A stretch of 64,000 nt of DNA, taken from positions 246,388,001 through 246,452,000 of the forward strand of contig OZ024741.1 in the NCBI GenBank assembly GCA_964016885.1, read 5' to 3'. Of the stretch, positions 40,440-55,900 are shown piece after piece (positions within the stretch are counted from its first letter, which is position 1; every line of letters starts with the position of its first letter). The translations under genes and the position numbers were made by a program. This DNA comes from Eledone cirrhosa. Lineage: Eukaryota. The notes beneath the pieces are model-generated. The model saw only the letters and a program-made list of their open reading frames with translations. It did not search any database and was not told where the DNA came from.

Positions 40440-43400
40440 GATTTTTTTTACAAATTATCTCCCCCTGACTTTTTTTTACAAATTATCTCCCCCTGATTTT
40501 TTTTACAAATTATCTCCCCCTGATTTTTTTACAAATTATCTCCCCTTGGCTGGCTGGAAATTACCTCCCCTTGTAGGCTGGAATTTATCTCCCCTTGGAC
40601 GGCTAGAAATTACCTCTACTTGGACGGCTGGAAAATATGTCTCCTTGGACGGCTGGATATTATCTCCCCTTGGACGGCTGGAAATTATCTCCCCTTGGAC
40701 GGCTGGAAATTATCTCCCCTTGGACGCTGGAAATTATAGCCCCTTGGAGGGCTGGAAATTATCTACCCTTGGACGGCTGGAAATTATCTCCCCTTGATTT
40801 TTTTTACAAATTATCTCCCCCTGATTTTTTTTTACAAATTATCTCCCCCTGATTTTTTTTTACAACTTATCTGCGCCTGATTTTTTAAAAAAAATTATCT
40901 CCCCTTGGACGGCTGGAAATTATCTCCCCTTGGACGGCTGGAAATTATCTCTCCTTGGACGGCTAGAATTTACCTCTCCTTGGACGGCTGAAAATTATCT
41001 CCCCTTGGACGGCTGGAAATTATCTCCCCTTGATTTTTTTTACAAATTATCTCCCCCTGATTTTTTTTTACAAATTATCTCCCCCTGATTTTTTTTTACA
41101 AATTATCTCCCCCTGATTTTTTTTTACAAATTATCTCCCCCTGATTTTTTTTACAAATTATCTCCCCCTGATTTTTTTACAAATTATCTCCCCTTGGCTG
41201 GCTGGAAATTATCTCCCCTTGGAGGCTGGAACTTATCTCCCCTTGGACGGCTAGAAATTACCTCTCCTTGGACGGCTGAAAATTATCTCCCCTTGGACGG
41301 CTGGAAATTATCTCCCCTTGATTTTTTTACAAATTATCTCCCCCTGATTTTTTTTTACAAATTATCTCCCCCTGATTTTTTTTTACAAATTATCTACCCC
41401 TGATTTTTTTTTACAAATTATCTCCCCCTGATTTTTTTTTACAAATTATCTATCCCTGATTTTTTTTACAAATTATCTCCCCCCGATTTTTTTTAGAAAT
41501 TATCTCCCCGATTTTTTTTTTACAAATTATCTCCCCCTGATTTTTTTACAAATTATCTCCCCCTGATTTTTTTTACAAATTATCTCCGCCGGATTTTTTT
41601 AAATATTATCTTCCCTTGGCTGGCGGGAAATTATCTCCCCTTGGACGGCTGAAAATTATCTCCCCTTGGACGGCTGGAAATTATCTCCCCTTGATTTTTT
41701 TTACAAATTATCTCCCCCTGATTTTTTTTTACAAATTATCTCCCCCTGATTTTTTTACAAATTATCTCCCCTTGGCTGGCTGGAAATTACCTCCCCTTGT
41801 AGGCTGGAATTTATCTCCCCTTGGACGGCTAGAAATTACCTCTCCTTGGACGGCTGGAAAATATGTCTCCTTGGACGGCTGGATATTATCTCCCCTTGGA
41901 TGGCTGGAAATTATCTCCCCTTGGACGGCTGGAAATTATCTCCCCTTGATTTTTTTTACAAATTATCTCCCCCTGATTTTTTTTACAAATCTCCCAATGA
42001 TTTTTTAAAAAAAATTATCTCCCCTTCGCTGGCTGGAAATTATCTCCCCTTGGACGCTGGAAATTATAGCCCCTTGGAGGGCTGGAAATTATCTTCCCTT
42101 GGACGGCTGGAAATTATCTCCCCTTGATTTTTTTTACAAATTATCTCCCCCTGATTTTTTTTTACAAATTATCTCCCCCTGATTTTTTTTTACAAATTAT
42201 CTCCCCCTGATTTTTTTTTACAAATTATCTACCCCTTATTTTTTTTTACAAATTATCTCCCCCTGATTTTTTTTTTACAAATTATCTACCCCTGATTTTT
42301 TTTACAAATTATCTCCCCGATTTTTTTTTTACAAATTATCTCCCCCTGATTTTTTTACAAATTATCTCCCCCTGATTTTTTTTACAAATTATCTCCGCCG
42401 GATTTTTTTAAATATTATCTTCCCTTGGCTGGCGGGAAATTATCTCCCCTTGGACGGCTGAAAATTATCTCCCCTTGGACGGCTGGAAATTATCTCCCCT
42501 TGATTTTTTTTACAAATTATCTCCCCCTGATTTTTTTTTACAAATTATCTCCCCCTGATTTTTTTACAAATTATCTCCCCTTGGCTGGCTGGAAATTACC
42601 TCCCCTTGTAGGCTGGAATTTATCTCCCCTTGGACGGCTAGAAATTACCTCTCCTTGGACGGCTGGAAAATATGTCTCCTTGGACGGCTGGATATTATCT
42701 CCCCTTGGATGGCTGGAAATTATCTCCCCTTGGACGGCTGGAAATTATCTCCCCTTGATTTTTTTTACAAATTATCTCCCCCTGATTTTTTTTACAAATC
42801 TCCCAATGATTTTTAAAAAAAAATTATCTCCCCTTCGCTGGCTGGAAATTATCTCCCCTTGGACGCTGGAAATTATAGCCCCTTGGAGGGCTGGAAATTA
42901 TCTTCCCTTGGACGGCTGGAAATTATCTCCCCTTGATTTTTTTTACAAATTATCTCCCCCTGATTTTTTTTTACAAATTATCTCCCCCTGATTTTTTTTT
43001 ACAAATTATCTCCCCCTGATTTTTTATTTACAAATTATCTCCGCCTGATTTTTTTTTAAAAATTACCTCCCCTTGGACGGCTGGAAATTATCTCCCCTTG
43101 GACGGCTGGAAATTATCTCCCCTTGGACGGCTAGAAATTATCTCTCCTTGGACGGCTGAAAATTATCTCCCCTTGGACGGCTGCAAATTATCTCCCCTTG
43201 ATTTTTTTTACAAATTATCTCCCCCTGATTTTTTTTACAAATTATCTCCCCCTGATTTTTTTTACAAATTATCTACCCCTGATTTTTTTTACAAATTATC
43301 TCCCCCTGATTTTTTTTTACAAATTATCTCCCCCTGATTTTTTTTTACAAATTATCTCCCCCTGATTTTTTTTTTACAAATTATCTCCCCCTGATTTTTT

Positions 43401-46400
43401 TACAAAGTATCTCCCTCTGATTTTTTTTACAATCTCCGCCTGATTTTTTTAAAAATTATCTTCCCTTGGCTGGCGGGAAATTATCTCCACTTGGACGGCT
43501 GGAAATTATCTCCCCTTGGAAGGATGGAAATTATCTCCCCTTGGACGGCTGGAAATTATCTCCCCTTGCACGGCTGGAAATTATCTCCCCTTGGACGGCT
43601 AGAAATTATCTCTCTTTGGACGGCTGGAAATTATCTCCCTTTGATTTTTTTTACAAATTATCTCCCTCTGATTTTTTTTACAAATCTCCCCCTGATTTTT
43701 TTAAAAAAATTATCTCCCCTTCGCTGGCTGGAAATTATCTCCCCTTGATTTTTTTTACAAATTATCTCCCCCTGATTTTTTTTTACAAATTATCTCCCCC
43801 TGATTTTTTTTACAAAGTATCTCCCTCTGATTTTTTTTACAATCTCCGCCTGATTTTTTTTTAAATTATCTTCCCTTGGCTGGCGGGAAATTATCTCCAC
43901 TTGGACGGCTGGAAATTATCTCCCCTTGGAAGGATGGAAATTATCTCCCCTTGGACGGCTGGAAATTATCTCCCCTTGCACGGCTGGAAATTATCTCCCC
44001 TTGGACGGCTAGAAATTATCTCTCTTTGGACGGCTGGAAATTATCACCCCTTGAGTTTTTTACAAATTATCTCCCCCTGATTTTTTTTACAAATCTCCCA
44101 GTGATTTTTAAAAAAAAATTATCTTCCCTTCGCTGGCTGGAAATTATCTCCCCTTGGACGCTGGAAATTATAGCCCCTTGGAGGGCTGGAAATTATCTTC
44201 CCTTGGACGGCTGGAAATTATCTCCCCTTGATTTTTTTTACAAATTATCTCCCCCTGATTTTTTTTTACAAATTATCTCCCCCTGATTTTTTTTTACAAC
44301 TTATCTGCGCCTGATTTTTTTAAAAAAATTATCTCCCCTTGGACGGCTGGAAATTATCTCCCCTTGGACGGCTGGAAATTATCTCTCCTTGGACGGCTAG
44401 AATTTACCTCTCCTTGGACGGCTGAAAATTATCTCCCCTTGGACGGCTGGAAATTATCTCCACTTGATTTTCTTTACAAATTATCTCCCCCTGATTTTTT
44501 TTTACAAATTATCTCCCCCTGATTTTTTTTTACAAATTATCTCCCCCTGATTTTTTTTTACAAATTATCTCCCCCTGATTTTTTTTACAAATTATCTCCC
44601 CCTGATTTTTTTTACAAATTATCTCCCCTTGGCTGGCTGGAAATTATCTCCCCTTGGAGGCTGGAACTTATCTCCCCTTGGACGGCTAGAAATTACCTCT
44701 CCTTGGACGGCTGGAAAATATGTCTCCTTGGACGGCTGGATATTATCTCACCTTGGACGGCTAGAAATTATCTCCCCTTGGACGGCAGGAAATTATCTTC
44801 CCTTGGATGGCTAGATATTACCTCCCCTTGGACGGCTGGAAATTATCTCCCCTTGATTTTTTTTACAAATTATCTGCCCCTGATTTTTTTTTACAAATTA
44901 TCTCCCCCTGATTTTTTTTTACAAATTATCTCCCCCTGACTTTTGTTTACAAATTATCTCCGCCTGATTTTTTTTTAAAAATTATCTCCCCTTGGACGGC
45001 TGGAAATTATCTCCCCTTGGACGGCTAGAAATTACCTCTCCTTGGACGGCTGAAAATTATCTCCCCTTGGACGGCTGGAAATTATCTCCCCTTCATTTTT
45101 TTACAAATTATCTCCCCCTGATTTTTTTTTACAAATTATCTCCCCCTGATCTTTTTTACAAATTATCTCCGCCTGATTTTTTTAAATATTATCTTCCCTT
45201 GGCTGGCGGGAAATTATCTCCCCTTGGACGGCTGGAAATTATCTGCCCTTGATTTTCTTTTTACAAATTATCTTCCACTGATTTTTTTACAAATTATCTC
45301 CACCTGATTTTTTAAAAAATTATCTCCCCTTGGAAGGCTGGAAATTATCTCCCCTTGGACGGCTGGAAATTATCTCCCCTTGGACGGCTAGAAATTATCT
45401 CTCCTTGGACGGCTGAAAATTATCTCCCCTTGGACGGCTGCAAATTATCTCCCCTTGATTTTTTTTACAAATTATCTCCCCCTGATTTTTTTTACAAATT
45501 ATCTCCCCCTGATTTTTTTAAATATTATCTTCCCTTGGCTGGCGGGAAATTATCTCCCCTTGGACGGCTGAAAATTATCTCCCCTTGGACGGCTGGAAAT
45601 TATCTCCCCTTGATTTTTTTTACAAATTATCTCCCCCTGATTTTTTTTTACAAATTATCTCCCCCTGATTTTTTTACAAATTATCTCCCCTTGGCTGGCT
45701 GGAAATTACCTCCCCTTGTAGGCTGGAATTTATCTCCCCTTGGACGGCTAGAAATTACCTCTCCTTGGACGGCTGGAAAATATGTCTCCTTGGACGGCTG
45801 GATATTATCTCCCCTTGGATGGCTGGAAATTATCTCCCCTTGGACGGCTGGAAATTATCTCCCCTTGATTTTTTTTACAAATTATCTCCCCCTGATTTTT
45901 TTTACAAATCTCCCAATGATTTTTAAAAAAAAATTATCTCCCCTTCGCTGGCTGGAAATTATCTCCCCTTGGACGCTGGAAATTATAGCCCCTTGGAGGG
46001 CTGGAAATTATCTTCCCTTGGACGGCTGGAAATTATCTCCCCTTGATTTTTTTTACAAATTATCTCCCCCTGATTTTTTTTTACAAATTATCTCCCCCTG
46101 ATTTTTTTTTACAAATTATCTCCCCCTGATTTTTTATTTACAAATTATCTCCGCCTGATTTTTTTTTAAAAATTACCTCCCCTTGGACGGCTGGAAATTA
46201 TCTCCCCTTGGACGGCTGGAAATTATCTCCCCTTGGACGGCTAGAAATTATCTCTCCTTGGACGGCTGAAAATTATCTCCCCTTGGACGGCTGCAAATTA
46301 TCTCCCCTTGATTTTTTTTACAAATTATCTCCCCCTGATTTTTTTTACAAATTATCTCCCCCTGATTTTTTTTACAAATTATCTACCCCTGATTTTTTTT

Positions 46401-46970
46401 ACAAATTATCTCCCCCTGATTTTTTTTTACAAATTATCTCCCCCTGATTTTTTTTTACAAATTATCTCCCCCTGATTTTTTTTTTACAAATTATCTCCCC
46501 CTGATTTTTTTACAAAGTATCTCCCTCTGATTTTTTTTACAATCTCCGCCTGATTTTTTTAAAAATTATCTTCCCTTGGCTGGCGGGAAATTATCTCCAC
46601 TTGGACGGCTGGAAATTATCTCCCCTTGGAAGGATGGAAATTATCTCCCCTTGGACGGCTGGAAATTATCTCCCCTTGCACGGCTGGAAATTATCTCCCC
46701 TTGGACGGCTAGAAATTATCTCTCTTTGGACGGCTGGAAATTATCTCCCTTTGATTTTTTTTACAAATTATCTCCCTCTGATTTTTTTTACAAATCTCCC
46801 CCTGATTTTTTTAAAAAAATTATCTCCCCTTCGCTGGCTGGAAATTATCTCCCCTTGATTTTTTTTACAAATTATCTCCCCCTGATTTTTTTTTACAAAT
46901 TATCTCCCCCTGATTTTTTTTACAAATTATCTCCCCCTGATTTTTTTTTACAAATTATCTCCCCCTGATT
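40440..46970 (+). repeat. Non-adjacent internal copy of ~27300-32800 inside the 21.4 kb unit
   Basis: Offsets 27492/40637 (+13145), 28048/41194 (+13146), 29142/43098 and 29510/43466 (+13956, after the 809-bp duplication), 30979/44992 (+14013), 32407/46576 (+14169). Confidence 0.8.
41480..43010 (+). repeat. 809-bp tandem duplication (also begins again at ~62880-64000)
   Basis: ORF landmarks 41616/42425 (+809) show the same ordered variants. Confidence 0.82.
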
Positions 46971-49900
46971 TTTTTTTACAAATTATCTCCCCCTGATTTT
47001 TTTTACAAATTATCTCCCCCTGATTTTTTTTACAAATTATCTCCCCCTGATTTTTTTTTACAAATTATCTCCCCCTGATTTTTTTACAAATTATCTCCCC
47101 CTGATTTTTTTTACAAATTATCTCCGCCTGATTTTTTAAAATATTATCTCCCCTTGGACGGCTGGAAATTATCTGCCCTTGATTTTCTTTTTACAAATTA
47201 ACTTCCACTGATTTTTTTTACAAATTATCTCCACCTGATTTTTTTAAAAATTATCTCCCCTTGGAAGTCTGGAAATTATCTCCCCTTGGCTGGAAATTAT
47301 CTCCCCTTGGACGGCTAGAAATTATCTCTCTTTGGACGGCTGGAAATTATCACCCCTTGAGTTTTTTACAAATTATCTCCCCCTGATTTTTTTTACAAAT
47401 CTCCCAGTGATTTTAAAAAAAAAATTATCTTCCCTTCGCTGGCTGGAAATTATCTCCCCTTGGACGCTGGAAATTATAGCCCCTTGGAGGGCTGGAAATT
47501 ATCTTCCCTTGGACGGCTGGAAATTATCTCCCCTTGATTTTTTTTACAAATTATCTCCCCCTGATTTTTTTTTACAAATTATCTCCCCCTGATTTTTTTT
47601 TACAACTTATCTGCGCCTGATTTTTTTAAAAAAATTATCTCCCCTTGGACGGCTGGAAATTATCTCCCCTTGGACGGCTGGAAATTATCTCTCCTTGGAC
47701 GGCTAGAATTTACCTCTCCTTGGACGGCTGAAAATTATCTCCCCTTGGACGGCTGGAAATTATCTCCCCTTGATTTTTTTTACAAATTATCTCCCCCTGA
47801 TTTTTTTTTACAAATTATCTCCCCCTGATTTTTTTTTACAAATTATCTCCCCCTGATTTTTTTTACAAATTATCTCCCCCTGATTTTTTTACAAATTATC
47901 TCCCCTTGGCTGGCTGGAAATTATCTCCCCTTGGAGGCTGGAACTTATCTCCCCTTGGACGGCTAGAAATTACCTCTCCTTGGACGGCTGGAAAATATGT
48001 CTCCTTGGACGGCTGGATATTATCTCACCTTGGACGGCTAGAAATTATCTCCCCTTGGACGGCAGGAAATTATCTCCCCTTGGATGGCTAGATATTACCT
48101 CCCCTTGGACGGCTGGAAATTATCTCCCCTTGATTTTTTTTACAAATTATCTGCCCCTGATTTTTTTTTACAAATTATCTCCCCCTGATTTTTTTTTGCA
48201 AATTATCTCCCCCTGATTTTTTTTTTAAAATTATCTCCCCTTGGACGGCTGGAAATTATCTCCCCTTGGACGGCTAGAAATTACCTCTCCTTGGACGGCT
48301 GAAAATTATCTCCCCTTGGACGGCTGGAAATTATCTCCCCTTGATTTTTTTACAAATTATTTCCGCCTGATTTTTTTTACAAATTATCTCCCCCTGATTT
48401 TTTTTTACAAATTATCTACCCCTGATTTTTTTTTACAAATTATCTACCCCTGATTTTTTTTACAAATTATCTCCCCCTGATTTTTTTTACAAATTATCTC
48501 CCCCTGATTTTTTTTTTTACAAATTATCTCCCCCTGATTTTTTTACAAATTATCTCCCCCTGATTTTTTTTACAAATTATCTCCGCCGGATTTTTTTAAA
48601 TATTATCTTCCCTTGGCTGGCGGGAAATTATCTCCCCTTGGACGGCTGAAAATTATCTCCCCTTGGACGGCTGGAAATTATCTCCCCTTGATTTTTTTTA
48701 CAAATTATCTCCCCCTGACTTTTTTTTACAAATTATCTCCCCCTGATTTTTTTTACAAATTATCTCCCCCTGATTTTTTTACAAATTATCTCCCCTTGGC
48801 TGGCTGGAAATTACCTCCCCTTGTAGGCTGGAATTTATCTCCCCTTGGACGGCTAGAAATTACCTCTACTTGGACGGCTGGAAAATATGTCTCCTTGGAC
48901 GGCTGGATATTATCTCCCCTTGGACGGCTGGAAATTATCTCCCCTTGGACGGCTGGAAATTATCTCCCCTTGGACGCTGGAAATTATAGCCCCTTGGAGG
49001 GCTGGAAATTATCTTCCCTTGGACGGCTGGAAATTATCTCCCCTTGATTTTTTTTACAAATTATCTCCCCCTGATTTTTTTTTACAAATTATCTCCCCCT
49101 GATTTTTTTTTACAACTTATCTGCGCCTGATTTTTTTAAAAAAATTATCTCCCCTTGGACGGCTGGAAATTATCTCCCCTTGGACGGCTGGAAATTATCT
49201 CTCCTTGGACGGCTAGAATTTACCTCTCCTTGGACGGCTGAAAATTATCTCCCCTTGGACGGCTGGAAATTATCTCCCCTTGATTTTTTTTACAAATTAT
49301 CTCCCCCTGATTTTTTTTTACAAATTATCTCCCCCTGATTTTTTTTTACAAATTATCTCCCCCTGATTTTTTTTTACAAATTATCTCCCCCTGATTTTTT
49401 TTACAAATTATCTCCCCCTGATTTTTTTACAAATTATCTCCCCTTGGCTGGCTGGAAATTATCTCCCCTTGGAGGCTGGAACTTATCTCCCCTTGGACGG
49501 CTAGAAATTACCTCTCCTTGGACGGCTGAAAATTATCTCCCCTTGGACGGCTGGAAATTATCTCCCCTTGATTTTTTTACAAATTATCTCCCCCTGATTT
49601 TTTTTTACAAATTATCTCCCCCTGATTTTTTTTTACAAATTATCTACCCCTGATTTTTTTTTACAAATTATCTCCCCCTGATTTTTTTTTACAAATTATC
49701 TACCCCTGATTTTTTTTACAAATTATCTCCCCCCGATTTTTTTTAGAAATTATCTCCCCGATTTTTTTTTTTACAAATTATCTCCCCCTGATTTTTTTAC
49801 AAATTATCTCCCCCTGATTTTTTTTACAAATTATCTCCGCCGGATTTTTTTAAATATTATCTTCCCTTGGCTGGCGGGAAATTATCTCCCCTTGGACGGC

Positions 49901-52900
49901 TGAAAATTATCTCCCCTTGGACGGCTGGAAATTATCTCCCCTTGATTTTTTTTACAAATTATCTCCCCCTGATTTTTTTTTACAAATTATCTCCCCCTGA
50001 TTTTTTTACAAATTATCTCCCCTTGGCTGGCTGGAAATTACCTCCCCTTGTAGGCTGGAATTTATCTCCCCTTGGACGGCTAGAAATTACCTCTCCTTGG
50101 ACGGCTGGAAAATATGTCTCCTTGGACGGCTGGATATTATCTCCCCTTGGATGGCTGGAAATTATCTCCCCTTGGACGGCTGGAAATTATCTCCCCTTGA
50201 TTTTTTTTACAAATTATCTCCCCCTGATTTTTTTTACAAATCTCCCAATGATTTTTTAAAAAAAATTATCTCCCCTTCGCTGGCTGGAAATTATCTCCCC
50301 TTGGACGCTGGAAATTATAGCCCCTTGGAGGGCTGGAAATTATCTTCCCTTGGACGGCTGGAAATTATCTCCCCTTGATTTTTTTTACAAATTATCTCCC
50401 CCTGATTTTTTTTTACAAATTATCTCCCCCTGATTTTTTTTTACAAATTATCTCCCCCTGATTTTTTATTTACAAATTATCTCCGCCTGATTTTTTTTTA
50501 AAAATTACCTCCCCTTGGACGGCTGGAAATTATCTCCCCTTGGACGGCTGGAAATTATCTCCCCTTGGACGGCTAGAAATTATCTCTCCTTGGACGGCTG
50601 AAAATTATCTCCCCTTGGACGGCTGCAAATTATCTCCCCTTGATTTTTTTTACAAATTATCTCCCCCTGATTTTTTTTACAAATTATCTCCCCCTGATTT
50701 TTTTTACAAATTATCTACCCCTGATTTTTTTTACAAATTATCTCCCCCTGATTTTTTTTTACAAATTATCTCCCCCTGATTTTTTTTTACAAATTATCTC
50801 CCCCTGATTTTTTTTTTACAAATTATCTCCCCCTGATTTTTTTACAAAGTATCTCCCTCTGATTTTTTTTACAATCTCCGCCTGATTTTTTTTAAAATTA
50901 TCTTCCCTTGGCTGGCGGGAAATTATCTCCACTTGGACGGCTGGAAATTATCTCCCCTTGGAAGGATGGAAATTATCTCCCCTTGGACGGCTGGAAATTA
51001 TCTCCCCTTGCACGGCTGGAAATTATCTCCCCTTGGACGGCTAGAAATTATCTCTCTTTGGACGGCTGGAAATTATCTCCCTTTGATTTTTTTTACAAAT
51101 TATCTCCCTCTGATTTTTTTTACAAATCTCCCCCTGATTTTTTTAAAAAAATTATCTCCCCTTCGCTGGCTGGAAATTATCTCCCCTTGATTTTTTTTAC
51201 AAATTATCTCCCCCTGATTTTTTTTTACAAATTATCTCCCCCTGATTTTTTTTACAAAGTATCTCCCTCTGATTTTTTTTACAATCTCCGCCTGATTTTT
51301 TTAAAAATTATCTTCCCTTGGCTGGCGGGAAATTATCTCCACTTGGACGGCTGGAAATTATCTCCCCTTGGAAGGATGGAAATTATCTCCCCTTGGACGG
51401 CTGGAAATTATCTCCCCTTGCACGGCTGGAAATTATCTCCCCTTGGACGGCTAGAAATTATCTCTCTTTGGACGGCTGGAAATTATCACCCCTTGAGTTT
51501 TTTACAAATTATCTCCCCCTGATTTTTTTTACAAATCTCCCAGTGATTTTTAAAAAAAAATTATCTTCCCTTCGCTGGCTGGAAATTATCTCCCCTTGGA
51601 CGCTGGAAATTATAGCCCCTTGGAGGGCTGGAAATTATCTTCCCTTGGACGGCTGGAAATTATCTCCCCTTGATTTTTTTTACAAATTATCTCCCCCTGA
51701 TTTTTTTTTACAAATTATCTCCCCCTGATTTTTTTTTACAACTTATCTGCGCCTGATTTTTTTAAAAAAATTATCTCCCCTTGGACGGCTGGAAATTATC
51801 TCCCCTTGGACGGCTGGAAATTATCTCTCCTTGGACGGCTAGAATTTACCTCTCCTTGGACGGCTGAAAATTATCTCCCCTTGGACGGCTGGAAATTATC
51901 TCCCCTTGATTTTTTTTACAAATTATCTCCCCCTGATTTTTTTTTACAAATTATCTCCCCCTGATTTTTTTTTACAAATTATCTCCCCCTGATTTTTTTT
52001 ACAAATTATCTCCCCCTGATTTTTTTTACAAATTATCTCCCCCTGATTTTTTTTACAAATTATCTCCCCTTGGCTGGCTGGAAATTATCTCCCCTTGGAG
52101 GCTGGAACTTATCTCCCCTTGGACGGCTAGAAATTACCTCTCCTTGGACGGCTGGAAAATATGTCTCCTTGGACGGCTGGATATTATCTCACCTTGGACG
52201 GCTAGAAATTATCTCCCCTTGGACGGCAGGAAATTATCTCCCCTTGAATGGCTAGATATTACCTCCCCTTGGACGGCTGGAAATTATCTCCCCTTGATTT
52301 TTTTTACAAATTATCTGCCCCTGATTTTTTTTTACAAATTATCTCCGCCTGATTTTTTTTTAAAAATTATCTCCCCTTGGACGGCTGGAAATTATCTCCC
52401 CTTGGACGGCTAGAAATTACCTCTCCTTGGACGGCTGAAAATTATCTCCCCTTGGACGGCTGGAAATTATCTCCCCTTCATTTTTTTACAAATTATCTCC
52501 CCCTGATTTTTTTTTACAAATTATCTCCCCCTGATCTTTTTTACAAATTATCTCCGCCTGATTTTTTTAAATATTATCTTCCCTTGGCTGGCGGGAAATT
52601 ATCTCCCCTTGGACGGCTGGAAATTATCTGCCCTTGATTTTCTTTTTACAAATTATCTTCCACTGATTTTTTTTACAAATTATCTCCACCTGATTTTTTA
52701 AAAAATTATCTCCCCTTGGAAGGCTGGAAATTATCTCCCCTTGGACGGCTGGAAATTATCTCCCCTTGGACGGCTAGAAATTATCTCTCCTTGGACGGCT
52801 GAAAATTATCTCCCCTTGGACGGCTGCAAATTATCTCCCCTTGATTTTTTTTACAAATTATCTCCCCCTGATTTTTTTTACAAATTATCTCCCCCTGATT

Positions 52901-55900
52901 TTTTTTACAAATTATCTCCGCCGGATTTTTTTAAATATTATCTTCCCTTGGCTGGCGGGAAATTACCTCCCCTTGTAGGCTGGAATTTATCTCCCCTTGG
53001 ACGGCTAGAAATTACCTCTCCTTGGACGGCTGGAAAATATGTCTCCTTGGACGGCTGGATATTATCTCCCCTTGGATGGCTGGAAATTATCTCCCCTTGG
53101 ACGGCTGGAAATTATCTCCCCTTGATTTTTTTTACAAATTATCTCCCCCTGATTTTTTTTACAAATCTCCCAATGATTTTTAAAAAAAAATTATCTGCCC
53201 TTCGCTGGCTGGAAATTATCTCCCCTTGGACGCTGGAAATTATAGCCCCTTGGAGGGCTGGAAATTATCTTCCCTTGGACGGCTGGAAATTATCTCCCCT
53301 TGATTTTTTTTACAAATTATCTCCCCCTGATTTTTTTTTACAAATTATCTCCCCCTGATTTTTTTTTACAAATTATCTCCCCCTGATTTTTTATTTACAA
53401 ATTATCTCCGCCTGATTTTTTTTTAAAAATTACCTCCCCTTGGACGGCTGGAAATTATCTCCCCTTGGACGGCTGGAAATTATCTCCCCTTGGACGGCTA
53501 GAAATTATCTCTCCTTGGACGGCTGAAAATTATCTCCCCTTGGACGGCTGCAAATTATCTCCCCTTGATTTTTTTTACAAATTATCTCCCCCTGATTTTT
53601 TTTACAAATTATCTCCCCCTGATTTTTTTTACAAATTATCTACCCCTGATTTTTTTTACAAATTATCTCCCCCTGATTTTTTTTTACAAATTATCTCCCC
53701 CTGATTTTTTTTTTACAAATTATCTCCCCCTGATTTTTTTACAAAGTATCTCCCTCTGATTTTTTTTACAATCTCCGCCTGATTTTTTTTAAAATTATCT
53801 TCCCTTGGCTGGCGGGAAATTATCTCCACTTGGACGGCTGGAAATTATCTCCCCTTGGAAGGATGGAAATTATCTCCCCTTGGACGGCTGGAAATTATCT
53901 CCCCTTGCACGGCTGGAAATTATCTCCCCTTGGACGGCTAGAAATTATCTCTCTTTGGACGGCTGGAAATTATCTCCCTTTGATTTTTTTTACAAATTAT
54001 CTCCCTCTGATTTTTTTTACAAATCTCCCCCTGATTTTTTTAAAAAAATTATCTCCCCTTCGCTGGCTGGAAATTATCTCCCCTTGATTTTTTTTACAAA
54101 TTATCTCCCCCTGATTTTTTTTTACAAATTATCTCCCCCTGATTTTTTTTACAAATTATCTCCCCCTGATTTTTTTTTACAAATTATCTCCCCCTGATTT
54201 TTTTTACAAATTATCTCCGCCTGATTTTTTAAAATATTATCTTCCCTTGGCTGGCGGGAAATTATCTCCCCTTGGACGGCTGGAAATTATCTGCCCTTGA
54301 TTTTCTTTTTACAAATTAACTTCCACTGATTTTTTTTACAAATTATCTCCACCTGATTTTTTTAAAAATTATCTCCCCTTGGAAGGCTGGAAATTATCTC
54401 CCCTTGGCTGGAAATTATCTCCCCTTGGACGGCTAGAAATTATCTCTCTTTGGACGGCTGGAAATTATCACCCCTTGAGTTTTTTACAAATTATCTCCCC
54501 CTGATTTTTTTTACAAATCTCCCAGTGATTTTTAAAAAAAAATTATCTTCCCTTCGCTGGCTGGAAATTATCTCCCCTTGGACGCTGGAAATTATAGCCC
54601 CTTGGAGGGCTGGAAATTATCTTCCCTTGGACGGCTGGAAATTATCTCCCCTTGATTTTTTTTACAAATTATCTCCCCCTGATTTTTTTTTACAAATTAT
54701 CTCCCCCTGATTTTTTTTTACAACTTATCTGCGCCTGATTTTTTTAAAAAAATTATCTCCCGTTGGACGGCTGGAAATTATCTCCCCTTGGACGGCTGGA
54801 AATTATCTCTCCTTGGACGGCTAGAATTTACCTCTCCTTGGACGGCTGAAAATTATCTCCCCTTGGACGGCTGGAAATTATCTCCCCTTGATTTTTTTTT
54901 ACAAATTATCTCCCCCTGATTTTTTTTTACAAATTATCTCCCCCTGATTTTTTTTTACAAATTATCTCCCCCTGATTTTTTTTTACAAATTATCTCCCCC
55001 TGATTTTTTTTACAAATTATCTCCCCCTGATTTTTTTACAAATTATCTCCCCTTGGCTGGCTGGAAATTATCTCCCCTTGGAGGCTGGAACTTATCTCCC
55101 CTTGGACGGCTAGAAATTACCTCTCCTTGGACGGCTGGAAATATGTCTCCTTGGACGGCTGGATATTATCTCACCTTGGACGGCTAGAAATTATCTCCCC
55201 TTGGACGGCAGGAAATTATCTCCCCTTGGATGGCTAGATATTACCTCCCCTTGGACGGCTGGAAATTATCTCCCCGTGATTTTTTTTACAAATTATCTGC
55301 CCCTGATTTTTTTTTACAAATTATCTCCCCCTGATTTTTTTTTACAAATTATCTCCCCCTGATTTTTGTTTACAAATTATCTCCGCCTGATTTTTTTTTA
55401 AAAATTATCTCCCCTTGGACGGCTGGAAATTATCTCCCCTTGGACGGCTAGAAATTACCTCTCCTTGGACGGCTGAAAATTATCTCCCCTTGGACGGCTG
55501 GAAATTATCTCCCCTTCATTTTTTTACAAATTATCTCCCCCTGATTTTTTTTTACAAATTATCTCCCCCTGATCTTTTTTACAAATTATCTCCGCCTGAT
55601 TTTTTTAAATATTATCTTCCCTTGGCTGGCGGGAAATTATCTCCCCTTGGACGGCTGGAAATTATCTGCCCTTGATTTTCTTTTTACAAATTATCTTCCA
55701 CTGATTTTTTTTACAAATTATCTCCACCTGATTTTTTAAAAAATTATCTCCCCTTGGAAGGCTGGAAATTATCTCCCCTTGGACGGCTGGAAATTATCTC
55801 CCCTTGGACGGCTAGAAATTATCTCTCCTTGGACGGCTGAAAATTATCTCCCCTTGGACGGCTGCAAATTATCTCCCCTTGATTTTTTTTACAAATTATC

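Larger units (their letters stand above)
25490..46885 (+). repeat. About 21.4 kb higher-order duplication unit, copy 1
   Basis: ORF landmarks recur at +21394 to +21398 (25938/47332, 27218/48613, 29510/50908, 34774/56172, 38643/60040, 41616/63013). Rare variants are shared: GGAAGTCTGG ~25869/47263, CCCGTTGG 33361/54759, TTAGCTGG 36521/57918, TTACGAATT ~37545/58942. Confidence 0.93.
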